Below, in pieces: positions 46,709-59,311 of a stretch of DNA of 64,000 nucleotides (within the stretch, counting starts at the first letter, position 1; every line of letters begins with the position of its first letter). The translations under genes and the position numbers were made by a program. The DNA lies in contig OZ024750.1 of assembly GCA_964016885.1 (NCBI GenBank), forward strand, positions 23,560,001 to 23,624,000. Direction: 5' to 3'. Source of the DNA: Eledone cirrhosa. Taxonomy: Eukaryota. A model generated the notes under the pieces. That model was not told the DNA's origin. It made no database searches and worked only from the letters and a program-made list of their open reading frames with translations.

Positions 46709-48425
46709 CTGAAAAAGAAAAGAAAAAGACATGAACAATATTTCATAGTAATAATTATTTCTACTTTTGGCACAAGGCCAGCAATTATCCCAGTGCATTA
46801 CTGGTACTTTATTTTATCGACCCCGTAAGGATGAAAAGCAAAGTTAATCTCGGCTGGATTTGAACTCAGATCATAAAGGGCTGTAACTCTATGCTGCAAA
46901 GCATGGCGTCCGACCCTCTACCGATACTGCCAATCCACCGCCCATCATAGTAATAATGGTTTCTGATTTAGGCACAAGCCAACAATTTTCTTGGAGGGGG
47001 GGGGGGGGGGCGATTAAATCAACTGGTTACTGGTACTTTATTTTATCAGCCCTGTAAGGATGAAAGGCAAAGTTAACCTCAGCGGGATTTGAACTCAGAA
47101 CGTAAATGGTTGTAAGTATATGTCACAAAGTATGTTGTCTGACGCTCTACCGATACTGCTAATCTACCGCCATTATTTCATATTACGTCCCTTTACGATC
47201 TGAGTTCAAATCCCGCCGAGGTTGACTTTGCCTTTCATCCTTACGGGGTCGATAAAATAAAGTACCAGTAATGCACTGGGTAATTTGCTGGCCTTGTGCC
47301 AAATGTAGAAACAATTATTTCATATAAACAAATAATAATACTTTAAACACCAGCCCAGTCAAAACCAGCTCCAGTAAATTATTCAAATTTAAATTCCAAT
47401 ATTGGATAGAAATATCATTATTACCTGACATAATATTAAATTTTAGTAGTTAAATATTTGTCTTATATTGACAAAAATAAAATACCAGTCATATACTGAG
47501 GTCTATATAATCAACTCTCTCATCACACCACCACCTAAAATTGCAGTCCTTGTGCCTAAATCAGAAACCATTATTATATTGAGAGTTAGTTATATATCAC
47601 TAAACCTCTCACAATCATGAACTACTTTGATAATTAAAACACAAAGACAGTATATTCCTGGAAAGAATATGGTGAGTAAAACTAGTGTTTATCTCTCTAT
47701 GGGACTCAAGGAATGTCTTTGATCAAGTTATGCTGCATTAAACCTTTTGATAACAAACTACCAGAAACCACCATAGATTAATGATGCATGGTATGTACCC
47801 GTAACTTCTGGGGAGTCATAGTGGCACCATATTGACATACAACGTTTGTAGAGCACCTTTTAAACCTGACAGAGCCCGTCTCCTCTCGAGGCTTGAATAC
47901 AGTTGATTTCTTCCAGAGAAGGATAGAGAGAGTGAGAGAAAGGAAGTGAGAAAGAGATATAGAGGAAGAATCAACCCCAGTACTTGACTGGTACTTTTTC
48001 ATCGACTATCAATGGATGAAAGGCAAAGATGACCTCAGCAGGATTTGAGCTCAGAGAGCAGAGTGCCAAAATGAATATTACAAAATATTCTATCCGACAT
48101 TCTAACGACTCTGCCAATTTGCCGTCAGATTAATGATACAAAACTGCTTATTTTACAATGTTTATCCTTATATCAAAACCTTCCATCATGATTTTATTTT
48201 AGAAATTTTTATTAGGAAATGTTAAAGTATCAGTTACTAATGAAAAATTGAATTATCAAATTCCTCTAAATTTTTGGTTATTTTCATAATTAATTGGAAC
48301 CCCTAGAAATTTAGTAATGAAATATGTTAATGAAAGGGTTACCTGTTACTTAGATGTAATATCTACTGGTGATGATGAGGATGATGTTAATTGTGACAAA
48401 TGAAGATTAAGAAGAATAAACTCAC

Positions 48426-48569
48426 CTCACTAAGATAAAGATCTAGCACATGGAACACCATATGAAGGGGGAATTTAGCAGTAAAAAGAGTTAGGAACCA
48501 CTGAGAGGCAAACATATGAGCTTCTAAACCCATTACCATAAAGTGATTATACAAGTCGGGTAGCAAATC
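48426..48569 (-). CDS. RABGAP1: RABGAP1 exon
   Basis: DLLPDLYNHFMVMGLEAHMFASQWFLTLFTAKFPLHMVFHVLDLYLSE. Confidence 0.95.
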
Positions 48570-49176
48570 CTGTAAAGAAGATGGAAAAAATACTTATATT
48601 AACATAATCACACATCTGGAGATAATTGGCTGTGTATTTCATGAGTGATATGGAAACAAAAAGGTTAAAATATATTTATATTAACAAAATCATACATCTG
48701 AAGAAAATCTTGAAATGGTAATGTTATCAAATAATGTTTTTATCATACACAGCTTATTTTAAGTAAAAGTCCCAAATGGAGTGGTCGTGTAGGAGTCATG
48801 TCAGACAGCACCCAGCACACACTGTAAATGTGAAAAGGCATCCAGCCATAGAAACCAGGCCAGAGACAGTTATGTATGAATAAGACACGGTCACCTGACC
48901 CAACTTGCCTCAAACAGGACAACCCGTCTAACCCATGCTAGCGTGGAAAATGGATGTTAAATGATGATGATGAATCAGAGCTCTGGAGAGATAATCTGTA
49001 TATTCATATAAACAGAGCCACATATGGTGATAGTGTTTAGAATATTAACAGAGTTACATAACCGGAGATAATCTTTAAAGGATAGCCATATAAACAAGCC
49101 ACCTCTGGAGATAATATTTGATATGAAACAAAGCATTTCTCTCCAAAATGTTTATCAAGTAATTTATTATACTTAC

Positions 49177-49302
49177 ATGCATGAACCGTTGGATTTGGTA
49201 GAATTTGAGATGTAATTCCTCAAAACCTTGTTTAAACAGATCTCGAAGACCATAATCAAACATTATTTTTACTAATACACAAAATGCCTGTTCTTCCGGC
49301 AT
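49177..49302 (-). CDS. RABGAP1: RABGAP1 exon
   Basis: MPEEQAFCVLVKIMFDYGLRDLFKQGFEELHLKFYQIQRFMH; CAG/GTAAGT. Confidence 0.95.
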
Positions 49303-49336
49303 CTGGAATAAAATCAATCAACAATAAATGTTTACA

Positions 49337-49880
49337 AGACATGTGTCATATAGATATGAGTAACAGGGAATGGTGTAACATAGATTGGTTTGATAAAGAC
49401 ATGTGTCATATAAATATGTGTAACAGAGTTTGATGTAACATATATTGGCTTGATAAAGACATGTGTCATATAAATATGTGTAACAGAGTTTGATGTAACA
49501 TATATTGGCTTGATAAAGACATGTGTCATATAAATATGTGTAACAGAGTTTGATGTAACATATATTGGCTTGATAAAGACATGTGTCATATAAATATGTG
49601 TAACAGAGTTTGATGTAACATATATTGGCTTGATAAAGATATGTACCATATAAATATGTGTAACAGAGTTTGATGTAACATATATTGGCTTGATAAAGAC
49701 ATGTGTCATATAAATATGTGTAACAGAGTTTGATGTAACATATATTGGCTTGATAAAGATATGTACCATATAAATATGTGTAATAGAGTTTGATGTAACA
49801 TATATTGGCTTGATAAAGAGATGTGTCATATAAATATATGTAACAGAGTTTGATTTAATATAGATTGGTTTGATAAAGAA
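49337..49880. repeat. 60-bp minisatellite, ~9 copies
   Basis: Successive 60-nt lines are near-identical. Confidence 0.95.
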
Positions 49881-49894
49881 ATATACCAAACGTT

Positions 49895-50390
49895 AGTGAT
49901 ATCAGTAAAATATATCAGATATTAATGATATCAGAGAGATATGTCAACTGTTAATGATATCAGAGAGATATGTCATATGTTAATATCAGAGAGATATGTC
50001 ATATGTTAATAATATCATAGAGATATGTTAATGATGTCAGAGAGATATGTCATATGTTAATGATATCAGAGAGATATATCATGTTAATGATATCAGAAGA
50101 GATGTATCATATGTTAATGATATCAGAAGAGATGTATCATATGTTAATGATATCAGAGAGATATGTCATATGTTAATGATATCAGAGAGATATGTCATAT
50201 GTTAATGATATCAGAGATATGTCATATGTTAATGGTACCAGAAGAGATGTATCATATATTAATGATATCAGAGAGATATGTCAAATGTTAATATCAGAGG
50301 GGTATCATATGTTAATGACATCAGAGAGATATGTCATATGTTAATGAAATCAGAGTGATATGTCATATGTTAATGATATCAGAGAGATAT
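49895..50390. repeat. ~29-bp degenerate minisatellite
   Basis: Unit gatatcagagagatatgtcatatgttaat. Confidence 0.9.
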
Positions 50391-50406
50391 ATGAATAAAA
50401 ACTCAC

Positions 50407-50481
50407 ATGTAATAATAAAGCAGCAGCAAGAAAAGATAAACCTTGGCAGTATCCAACTTCTTCATCATACACAGAGTAAGC
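50407..50481 (-). CDS. RABGAP1: RABGAP1 exon (TBC glutamine finger)
   Basis: AYSVYDEEVGYCQGLSFLAAALLLH (YxQ motif). Confidence 0.95.
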
Positions 50482-51006
50482 CTACAATGGAGGTCACAGA
50501 CAATATATTAATCAACAGTCATAGAAGAACTTGTACACTTAGAAATAAAAACGTGTAAATTTCAACAGACACACACTATACACACAGGTAAAATTCCATT
50601 TTAATGAATACCATTATAACGAATTTTTCAGTATAACAAAATTTACTTCAATCCCCAGCCACACACTCGATTTGTTAGGTCGATCTTATTATAAAGAATT
50701 TTTCATTACAATAAATTTTTTTTAAAACCCCATGAATTTCTTTAATTTGCAATGTCACTGTATAGTGAAACTATAGAAAAAAACAAAACACATCTCTTAG
50801 TCATAATAAAAAATATTAAATTTTACTTTGGTATTGAGTAGTACTCCTTGAGTCCATCAACATCACATGGATATAAATGTACACACACACATCTTATCAA
50901 GGCTGACTCAATGGTCTGTCATTCCTGCATGTTACAAGTTACCTCAGATAGTTAAAGAATGTCTGGGGAAGCTCAATTGACAGTCTGAGAGTAAAAAAAA
51001 TCTCAC

Positions 51007-51120
51007 CTTGCTGATTTTATATAAAGAATCTTGACCGACTCCTCCTGATTCTTTGAAAAAGTCATGAGCAGGAAATGTTCTGTTGATATCTCTTAAAATA
51101 ACTTGCTCATTTGGGGATTC
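51007..51120 (-). CDS. RABGAP1: RABGAP1 exon (TBC arginine finger)
   Basis: ESPNEQVILRDINRTFPAHDFFKESGGVGQDSLYKISK (IxxDxxR motif). Confidence 0.95.
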
Positions 51121-52577
51121 CTGAAAAAAAATTGTTCAAATTAGTTCAAATGCTTCACTGAGAAGCTCCAAATACAAATAAGACAAAAACATATACGAGT
51201 TGTCTCCCTTACCTACCCAAATTATTAAAATAACATTAATCACAGGAGTAATGTTATCTTTCCTCATTGCACAAATATTTTAAATTAGTAAATTTAATTT
51301 AGTGAGAATTAAAAAAATCTAACACTAACTTAACTATTGTTTTTATGTAAATGGAGTCTCTGAGCATTTAATCTCAGTGATTTTTTGGGGGGGATTTTTT
51401 AAACATATTAACTTATTTTATATTAAAACACTTGAAACCATCCCTGTTTTTATGATACAAAATTGTTTCAAAGTGATTATATTGTAACATCACAAAAGGT
51501 TCTTATATAAAATTATGTTGGAAGATTTTAATTTAAATAGGAACCCTTTAATCTTTTAGTATTTAAACCGGCCATATCCGACCAGAATTCTCTCACCTCT
51601 TTCTGTTCAAACCAGCCGTAACCGGCCACTCATACTGATCTTAAGGTAATGTTCTCAAAATAAATAACATCTAAATTATGTGAGATAAAGGCCTTTACTG
51701 TAAAAATACATTAGTAAATATAGAGTAATGTAAATGTTACAGGGTTAAAAAAAGTGGGTGGGTTTTATAGAACCATAAACAGCTTTAGGCAGGCTGGTAT
51801 GAAAAAAGTTAAAGGTACACGTGTTAGCTGAATTCTCAGTCATTCATCCATTGATTTAATGAGTAGAATGCTCCAGTAATCAAACAACTGGAGCACTCGT
51901 CATTGAAATCAACAGAGATCTGTTTAAATCTGTTGATAGGTGATACTACAGAGGCTATGAACTGGCAAAGTTTCTTAGAACATCAGATAGAATGCTTTGC
52001 AGTATTTGTTCCAGTTCTCTGAGCTGTGAGTTCAAATCTTACTGAAGTCAACTTTGCCTTTCCTCACTTCAATGTTGATAAATAAATTACCAGCTCAATA
52101 CAGAGTTCTATTCTTCCTCTATCTCTATCAAATTCATTCTCACTATTGCTCGCTCTACTTCTCTCTGTAAGAAATCAGCTGTATTCAAACCTGGAGCAGG
52201 ATAGGCTTTGCCAAGTTTAAAATACATATCTCAGTTTTTAGAGTAGGTACACCTTATCCCTGCATGTCATACTGTTGTGTGTATCCCAGCATCTCATAAG
52301 GAGTGACTAAAAGGGTTGGTGTCAGGAAGGGAACCTAACCCATGTCAGCATGGAAAAGTGGAAGTAATATTGCTGATGATGATATTATTGTGCACCAATG
52401 ACTCCATCAATAGTTCAGGGTACATGGAGCATGGACCACATTCAACTCTTTCACTTAGCATGCCACCAGCTAAAGTTTTTTTTTTAATTTTAAGTGGGGA
52501 GCTTTTTTGTGCTGGTGTTGCTGGCACTGGCGGTGATGGTGGTAGAGGTGGAGGTTTAAATATCTGTAAAATCTCAC

Positions 52578-52825
52578 CTTTGTGATAAGAATTCTATATG
52601 CTTCTAACAGTTCTATGTTGTTGTCGCAGCCAGCCAGCAGCTGCCAAACTTCACCACGCAATGCCTCAGGAATGCCTTTGCGTGCCAGTGTTGAAACCTG
52701 TTTGGGTCGCATTGAGAGGTTTTGGTGCCACTTTGTGAGAACATCATGCCATGCTTCCAATATATTCTCATCTGTAACATCTTTACTGACAGCTCCAGAA
52801 CCACTCAGCAAGGGTTCATCTCCAT
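52578..52825 (-). CDS. RABGAP1: RABGAP1 exon (start of TBC domain)
   Basis: DGDEPLLSGSGAVSKD...GIPEALRGEVWQLLAGC...YRILITK. Confidence 0.95.
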
Positions 52826-53246
52826 CTTGAAGATAAGAAGAAAACAGTAGATATATTTAGTTTGGGACTCTAGAAATAAAAAAAGGGTTACGTAAATATA
52901 CTTAACATGAGTTGGGAGTTGTTGACATTTATCGAAGGTAGTAATAATGATGATAGAGATAATGGGTATAATGATGAGGAAGATGAGGGGTTATTGACAA
53001 TTGATGTGATGAGGTGGAAATGAGGATAATATTGACAATGATGATGTGATTGTTATGTTGATGATGTGATTGTCATGGTGATCATAATGTTGATGTTAAT
53101 GTTCATGTGATGATGTGAAGAGATAATGAGCTAATAATTAAGGTGATTGTGATAATGATGATGATTAGTCACATGACAGTGACAACAATAGTTATGATGA
53201 CAGAAGAGAGAGGGAAGATGAAAGAAGTGGTTATAGGAATACATAC

Positions 53247-53406
53247 CAGATTCCTCATCAGGTTCCTGGGGAGTTTGAATATCTTCATTAAAATATCTAC
53301 TTGTAGTGAGACCAAGTCCAAGACCAGCTTTCTTCCTGTCAATCTCGGTCTGACTCTCAACACTGATTACTTCATATTTTGATTCACAAGCCATGGAACT
53401 TTCCAT
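53247..53406 (-). CDS. RABGAP1: RABGAP1 exon
   Basis: MESSMACESKYEVISVESQTEIDRKK...EPDEES; CAG/GTATG; phase 1. Confidence 0.88.
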
Positions 53407-55053
53407 CTGGCAGAAAGAGAGAGAGGGGGGAAGAATAAGAGGAATGGAAAATGGAATATTTTAGCTACATCTGACAGTAATAATATTAGTCATTGAGGTA
53501 ATGTTGTCTTTCCTTACCACATAAAAACACAAAAACAAGGAGAAATTTATCAGATGAATAGCAAACGAAAAAACAAAACAAAAACAGAATGAAATTTACA
53601 GCCCTCACCTATGCAGATTAAGTTGCTTTCCTACAAGGTTGGTTTTTGGTGTGTTTTAATGATAGGAGCCCCAGTCCTATCATGAAAAGCAATGTAAAAT
53701 TAAGTATCTTGCTCTAAAACACATGACCCAATCAAGGAATTAAAATCTCATCCTTATAATTGTGAGTCCAAAGCCCTAACCTATAGGCCACCCACCTTCA
53801 CCAATAGTAAATGAGCAGGGCCTGATTAAAGCAACTAGGGTCACTGGGCTAGAGAGAATTTAGGGTCTCCAACATGAGCTTACAAGAAACTTATGAAAAT
53901 TAAAAGTAGGTCTACAGATAGAATAATGCTGAGATCCCATCAGAGGTCTGGATTCTAAAAGAGAGGTGATACCCAAAGAAAAAGAAAACTATTAAATAAC
54001 AAATATATTGTAAATTTTGATTAAAATGTTGTGCTTCCTAGCTATATTTTGATATACGTCTTACTATATATTTAAAACAGGATAGGGCATCCTATACTAA
54101 GAGACTCTGGGCTGCAGGCCACTTAGTCCATATATAAATCCTGTACTGGGAGTGGAGAATAAAGATGAAAAATAAACAATAACATACATCAAATACAACA
54201 AAAATAACAAGAGGCATTGTATACAACAACTAACAAGCAACAATAAACGAAAATAACAGCTAATACAGACATTGACTGCATATATATATATGTATGTGTG
54301 CATATATATATATGTATGTGTACATATACACATATGTATGTGTGCATATATATATGTGTGTGCATACATATATATGTATACATACATAAATAGAAACATG
54401 CACATACATGCGTAGATGGCTTTTGTTTTGCAGAACATGGTAAAATGGCAGCAACAACATATTTCTGTAGCATCTAGCTGTTTTCCTTCTATATAGTTGT
54501 GTGTAGGTATGTATGTATATGCGTGTGTATACACACACACATATTTACACATACATACATACACACATATATACATACATACATAAACATGCAAAGTATA
54601 TACACTGACTGAACACAACACATACAAAACAAACCATATGCTCTCACACACACACACAGCTTACACTTACACACACATGCACACACACACACCTTATACA
54701 CAAACACCAGCTCTTACCATTAAACATAGACATCCATAGAAACAAACACTAAATATTTCTGATGCATATTTCGAAAAATTTCCATTACATAGCCTGGAAG
54801 GGAGGGGGTGAGAAGAGAGGAAAGATAGAAGAAGAGAAGAGATAGGGGAGGAGAGGGGGAGGGGTGTAAATGGACAGAAGGGGAGAATCTTTAAACTGAT
54901 AGAGAAGTGAAGGAGAGAGAAGAGATGGCATTAACCTGATAAAGGGAGAGAGATAAGGATATATCTATATCTATATATATATTATATACATCTATTATAT
55001 ACAATATATATATATATATTACATACATATATTATATACAATATATATATCTC

Positions 55054-55086
<33 letters not shown>

Positions 55087-55308
55087 TAGATATTTATATA
55101 TATATATATATACAATATTAAATAAATGGAAAACTATATTTATAAAACCATATTTATTTCATTATATATATTTCGGGGATATGGTTTTATAAATATAGTT
55201 TTCCATTTATTTAATATTGTAAATATACTCCAAATATTTGTCGAGTGCTTTTATATCAGTTATAAATATTTACTAGTTGTAACCCAACAATTTTAAATAT
55301 AACTTTAC

Positions 55309-55346
<38 letters not shown>

Positions 55347-55353
55347 ATATAGA

Positions 55354-55447
<94 letters not shown>

Positions 55448-56739
55448 AGCAGGGAATAGCGGACATAAAATGATGATGATGATGATATTATATACATTAT
55501 ATATATATATTATTAACCATCATTCCAACAACAACCCTGAGTACCTTTTTGATTTCCATGTGTCTAACACACGTGGGCATGCCCACAAAGTCAGAAAACA
55601 GCACAGCTCCCATGACTTTTGAAAAAATTTTTTCGCACTCAGAGTTGCTGAAGCATGGAACAAACTCCTGGCATCAGTTGTTAGCTGCCGAGACACTGCA
55701 TCCTTTAAAACCTCCATGCTTCCCGAGATTCGCCAACACTACACCTAATATTCCCCCTCCATACACACGCACACATGTATATCATGACTCATACACTATT
55801 CACTTCCCTGACATTTGTACATTATTCTATGTTCTATACATGCAACTTTGACGAGTTGTAGTGCACCTGAGCACTTTACACAATAATTTCATTATTATTA
55901 TTATTTATTTTATATTATATATATATATATATATTATATACATTATATATATATTATATATATTATATATATATTATATATTATATTATATATATATATA
56001 TTACATATATATCTTACATGTATCATCATCATCATTTTACGTCCGCTTCTCCCTGCTTGCAAGGGTTGGATGGGTCCTATTCAGCACAGCATATCTCCAT
56101 ATATATATATACACATATAATATTAATAATAATAACAATACTGTTATTATTAAGTTGAAACTTTACCAGAAGGTTATAAGCTCAACACAATGGCGTCCAC
56201 GCAGAGCTGATATATACTATTTATAAACAACACCAAAGAATCAAAGTATTTTCAAACTTACAGATGCTTCAGCCAATAGAACTTCATCGCGAGGTCATAT
56301 AGTTCTTTTTTAAAAATGAAAAGTCTGCAACTATACAACCTCGGGATGAAGTTCTATCGGCTGAAACCTGTATTAGTTTGAAAATGCATTGATTCTTTGC
56401 TGTTTTTTATAAATAGTATATATATATGTATATATATATATAGTAATAATAAATGTGAACACTAAAATCTGAAGAGGGCTCGATAAGGATTATATATATA
56501 TAAAAAAAAAAATATATATATATATATATAAATCCGTAGAGCAAATATTTATTATAAGAACAGATTAAAGTTTAAGCAAAGAATCGCTGCTTACACCCAT
56601 AACGGGATCTTCTGAGTTTCAGAAGATACCGTTAGGTGTGAAAGCAGCAATTCTTTGCTTGAACTTTAATCTCTTCTTGTTATATATATATATATATATA
56701 TAATATAAGATCAAAAGATGGTTAAAGGAGTTCCATGTA

Positions 56740-56806
56740 TTTTATTATGCGCATTTCAAAAACAAACATCATCATGCAATAATATTTGTGTTTTCATCAG
56801 ATAAAA
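56740..56806 (-). ncRNA. Minimal type-I hammerhead ribozyme (left arm; sense to the RABGAP1 pre-mRNA)
   Basis: Exact reverse complement of the 56930-56996 motif. Confidence 0.7.
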
Positions 56807-56929
56807 CAGGAGGACATGATATGAAGGCTAAAAAACACTTGTGGATAGTGCAGTTTTAAATCAACATATGTTGATTTAAAACTGCACTATCAACAAGTGT
56901 TTTTTTAGCCTTCATATCATGTTCTCCTG

Positions 56930-56996
56930 TTTTATCTGATGAAAACACAAATATTATTGCATGATGATGTTTGTTTTTGAAATGCGCATAATAAAA
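56930..56996 (+). ncRNA. Minimal type-I hammerhead ribozyme (right arm of palindrome)
   Basis: Stem [13 protein letters not shown]; core CTGATGA (56936-56942); long stem II (56943-56978); GAAA (56979-56982); self-complementary stem III ATGCGCAT; AUA cleavage triplet ending at 56990. Confidence 0.7.
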
Positions 56997-57120
56997 TACA
57001 TGGAACTCCTTTAACCATCTTTTGATCTTATATTATGTATACTCCAGTCCTACAAACTGTAGAGTGCTTCTTATCCGATATCTGCATTGCTTTATTGTAC
57101 TACAATAAAACTCACCTCCT

Positions 57121-57151
<31 letters not shown>

Positions 57152-57494
57152 CAATAGTTTAAGTGAGGCTTCCAATAATAGAATGGTAATGAAATGGGTT
57201 ACACCATGTGATATTACTACATGGGTGAGTAGTGTGCGATATCATGTTATGTGAAATTGAGATAATTCTAACTTTTTCTAACTGTAGCGCAATGGCAACA
57301 ATTTTGGTGAAGAGGAAACTCAATTTTATCAACCCCAGTACATAACTGGCATTTTATCTTGTCGACCCCAGAAGGATGAAAGGCGGAGTTGAGCTAAGTA
57401 GGATTTGAACTCAGCTGTAACTAAATACTGCCTTGTTAGACGCTCAACCAATACTGCCAATATGCCCCCCTGCAGCATAAGATAATGGAGAGCA

Positions 57495-57915
57495 GATTAA
57501 ATTGGGTGACATTGCTACATATGTCTGTGGTGTGTGATATAACATGTGAAGCAGATTAAACTACATGATATTGCTACATGGGTCTATGATGTGCGAAAAT
57601 GATAACATTACTAATGAACAATATCACTACTACATAGAGCAGTATTGCTACATGTAGAGCAGTGTTTTATATAAAGCACTATTGTTAGATGTGTGTTTTA
57701 TAGAGATGTTACTACATGTAGAGCAGCATGTTTTATAGTGATATTGCTACATTTAGTCATGTGTTTAATAGCGATATTGCTGCATGTATAGCAGTGTGTT
57801 CTATAGAGTGATATTGCTACATGTAGAGTAGTGTGTTTTATAGAGCGATATTACTACATGTATAACCATGTGTATTATAGAGTGATATTGCTATATATAG
57901 AGCAGTGTGTTTCAT
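57495..57915. repeat. Degenerate ~37-bp tandem repeat
   Basis: Recurrent gatattgctacatgtagagcagtgtg. Confidence 0.7.
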
Positions 57916-58030
57916 AGGGCAATAGAATAGCTTTACGCAGCAACTACTAAGTACATCCAGCAGGATTTGAGCGACAACATCGAATATAAGATAGTGCAGA
58001 GGTAACAGAAGTGGTTCTTACATCACTTAC

Positions 58031-58054
58031 CTCCTGACAAGTCCATTCTGGGAC
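58031..58054 (-). CDS. RABGAP1: Candidate 24-nt alternative microexon of RABGAP1 (VPEWTCQE)
   Basis: Minus strand reads tgttctcctctcattcatctgcctag|GTCCCAGAATGGACTTGTCAGGAG|gtaagt; phase 0/0, stop-free, inside a phase-0 intron. Confidence 0.55.
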
Positions 58055-59144
58055 CTAGGCAGATGAATGAGAGGAGAACAACAATAATGACTTGCACCTA
58101 GCCAGGAGGATATGTTTGATGAGCATGATAATTAAACACAACAATTGAAATAATGTAGGGGATGAAGAGAACATGGAGGAGAAATGGGAAAATAATGTTG
58201 ACAACACAAGACAATTGTTAGGATGTTGTTAGATAATTGAACTTTGATCCCTGAACTGACCAAGGTAACAGCAGTTTTAGTTTTTATCAATAAATCAATA
58301 GAATTTCTTTGATTAGATTATTCAATACAATATATTTTTAGTCGAAGAAAAAGGTGACAGTGACTTCAGTGACTTCAAAGTTTTGACATTGATGAATCTT
58401 CAGACAGATGGAGTTTGCCATTGAAAACTTTTCAGAAAGTCTGAAGAGGCATCGAGGCATCAATGTTGAAACTTCAAAGTCACCAACATCTTTTGCTTTG
58501 GAAAATAAAACATATATTCTGTTCACATGTATTGACTGCTCATCCAGTTAATGTTTGAGCACTCTATGTACACTTGTAGATAAAACATCCCCTTCAGCAG
58601 GTTATTCAATAAAATATCAATATTTTTATTCAACTCAAGTAAAATTACTCAACAGCATATTGATTAGAGTTTTAATAATTTCATTTTAAATGGCTTTGTT
58701 TGCATTATTAACTCTTAACATCCTGTTCCACATGAAACTGTATTATCAAGTCATTCTCAACACATACAAAACAGCACTATGACTACATCACACTAAAAAT
58801 TGAAGTATTTACTTTACTGCTGATTTTCACAAAGATTTATTCACTAGTAAAGATACTATAAATATTTGAATTAAAAACCTACATGAAAGTACATTAGCAA
58901 GGTATTCTTGAAAAGTATAAAATAGCACTATGACTGCATCAAATTAAAAATTAAAGTCTTTAGTTTACTGTAAATTTTCACAACAATCTGTCGATTAGTA
59001 AAGATACTATAAACATTTAAATTAACAAACCCATTTTTAGATATATTCTGTTAAATCATTACAAGATGTTAAGAGTCAACATAACTCGGTGAAATTTCCT
59101 CCCATCTTCAGGAGTAAGCTTAGAGTGAAAGAGATAAGTCTTAC

Positions 59145-59311
59145 CTGTTTCAGTTTGAGGTGAAATTGTTCATAGTGAGGTTTCTTTGTAAAGTACCAGA
59201 ATCTCTCGGTCTGAGGAAATATTTTGGCTTTGGTTTCAATAGCAAACCTCACTGGTTCTTGGATACCAGAGATAACCAAATCAACAGCAATTGTCAAAAA
59301 TACACGATTAT
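59145..59311 (-). CDS. RABGAP1: RABGAP1 exon
   Basis: (D)NRVFLTIAVDLVISGIQEPVRFAIETKAKI...FHLKLKQ; TAG/GTAAG. Confidence 0.92.

Larger units (their letters stand above)
56700..57125. mobile_element. Palindromic Penelope-like element terminus (inverted pseudo-LTR plus tail) in (TA)n
   Basis: ~168-bp arms around CATATG (56865-56870) with ~3 differences, a hammerhead in each arm, a ~90-bp tail, and TA runs on both sides. Confidence 0.6.

Noticed and set aside
49332-49889. 185-aa repeat ORF adjacent to a RABGAP1 exon
   Set aside because: 60-bp minisatellite; the flanking exons join in frame without it.
56167-56206. 40-nt AG...GT segment on the minus strand as a RABGAP1 exon
   Set aside because: Weak acceptor, frameshifting, contains TAA, and abuts a repeat.
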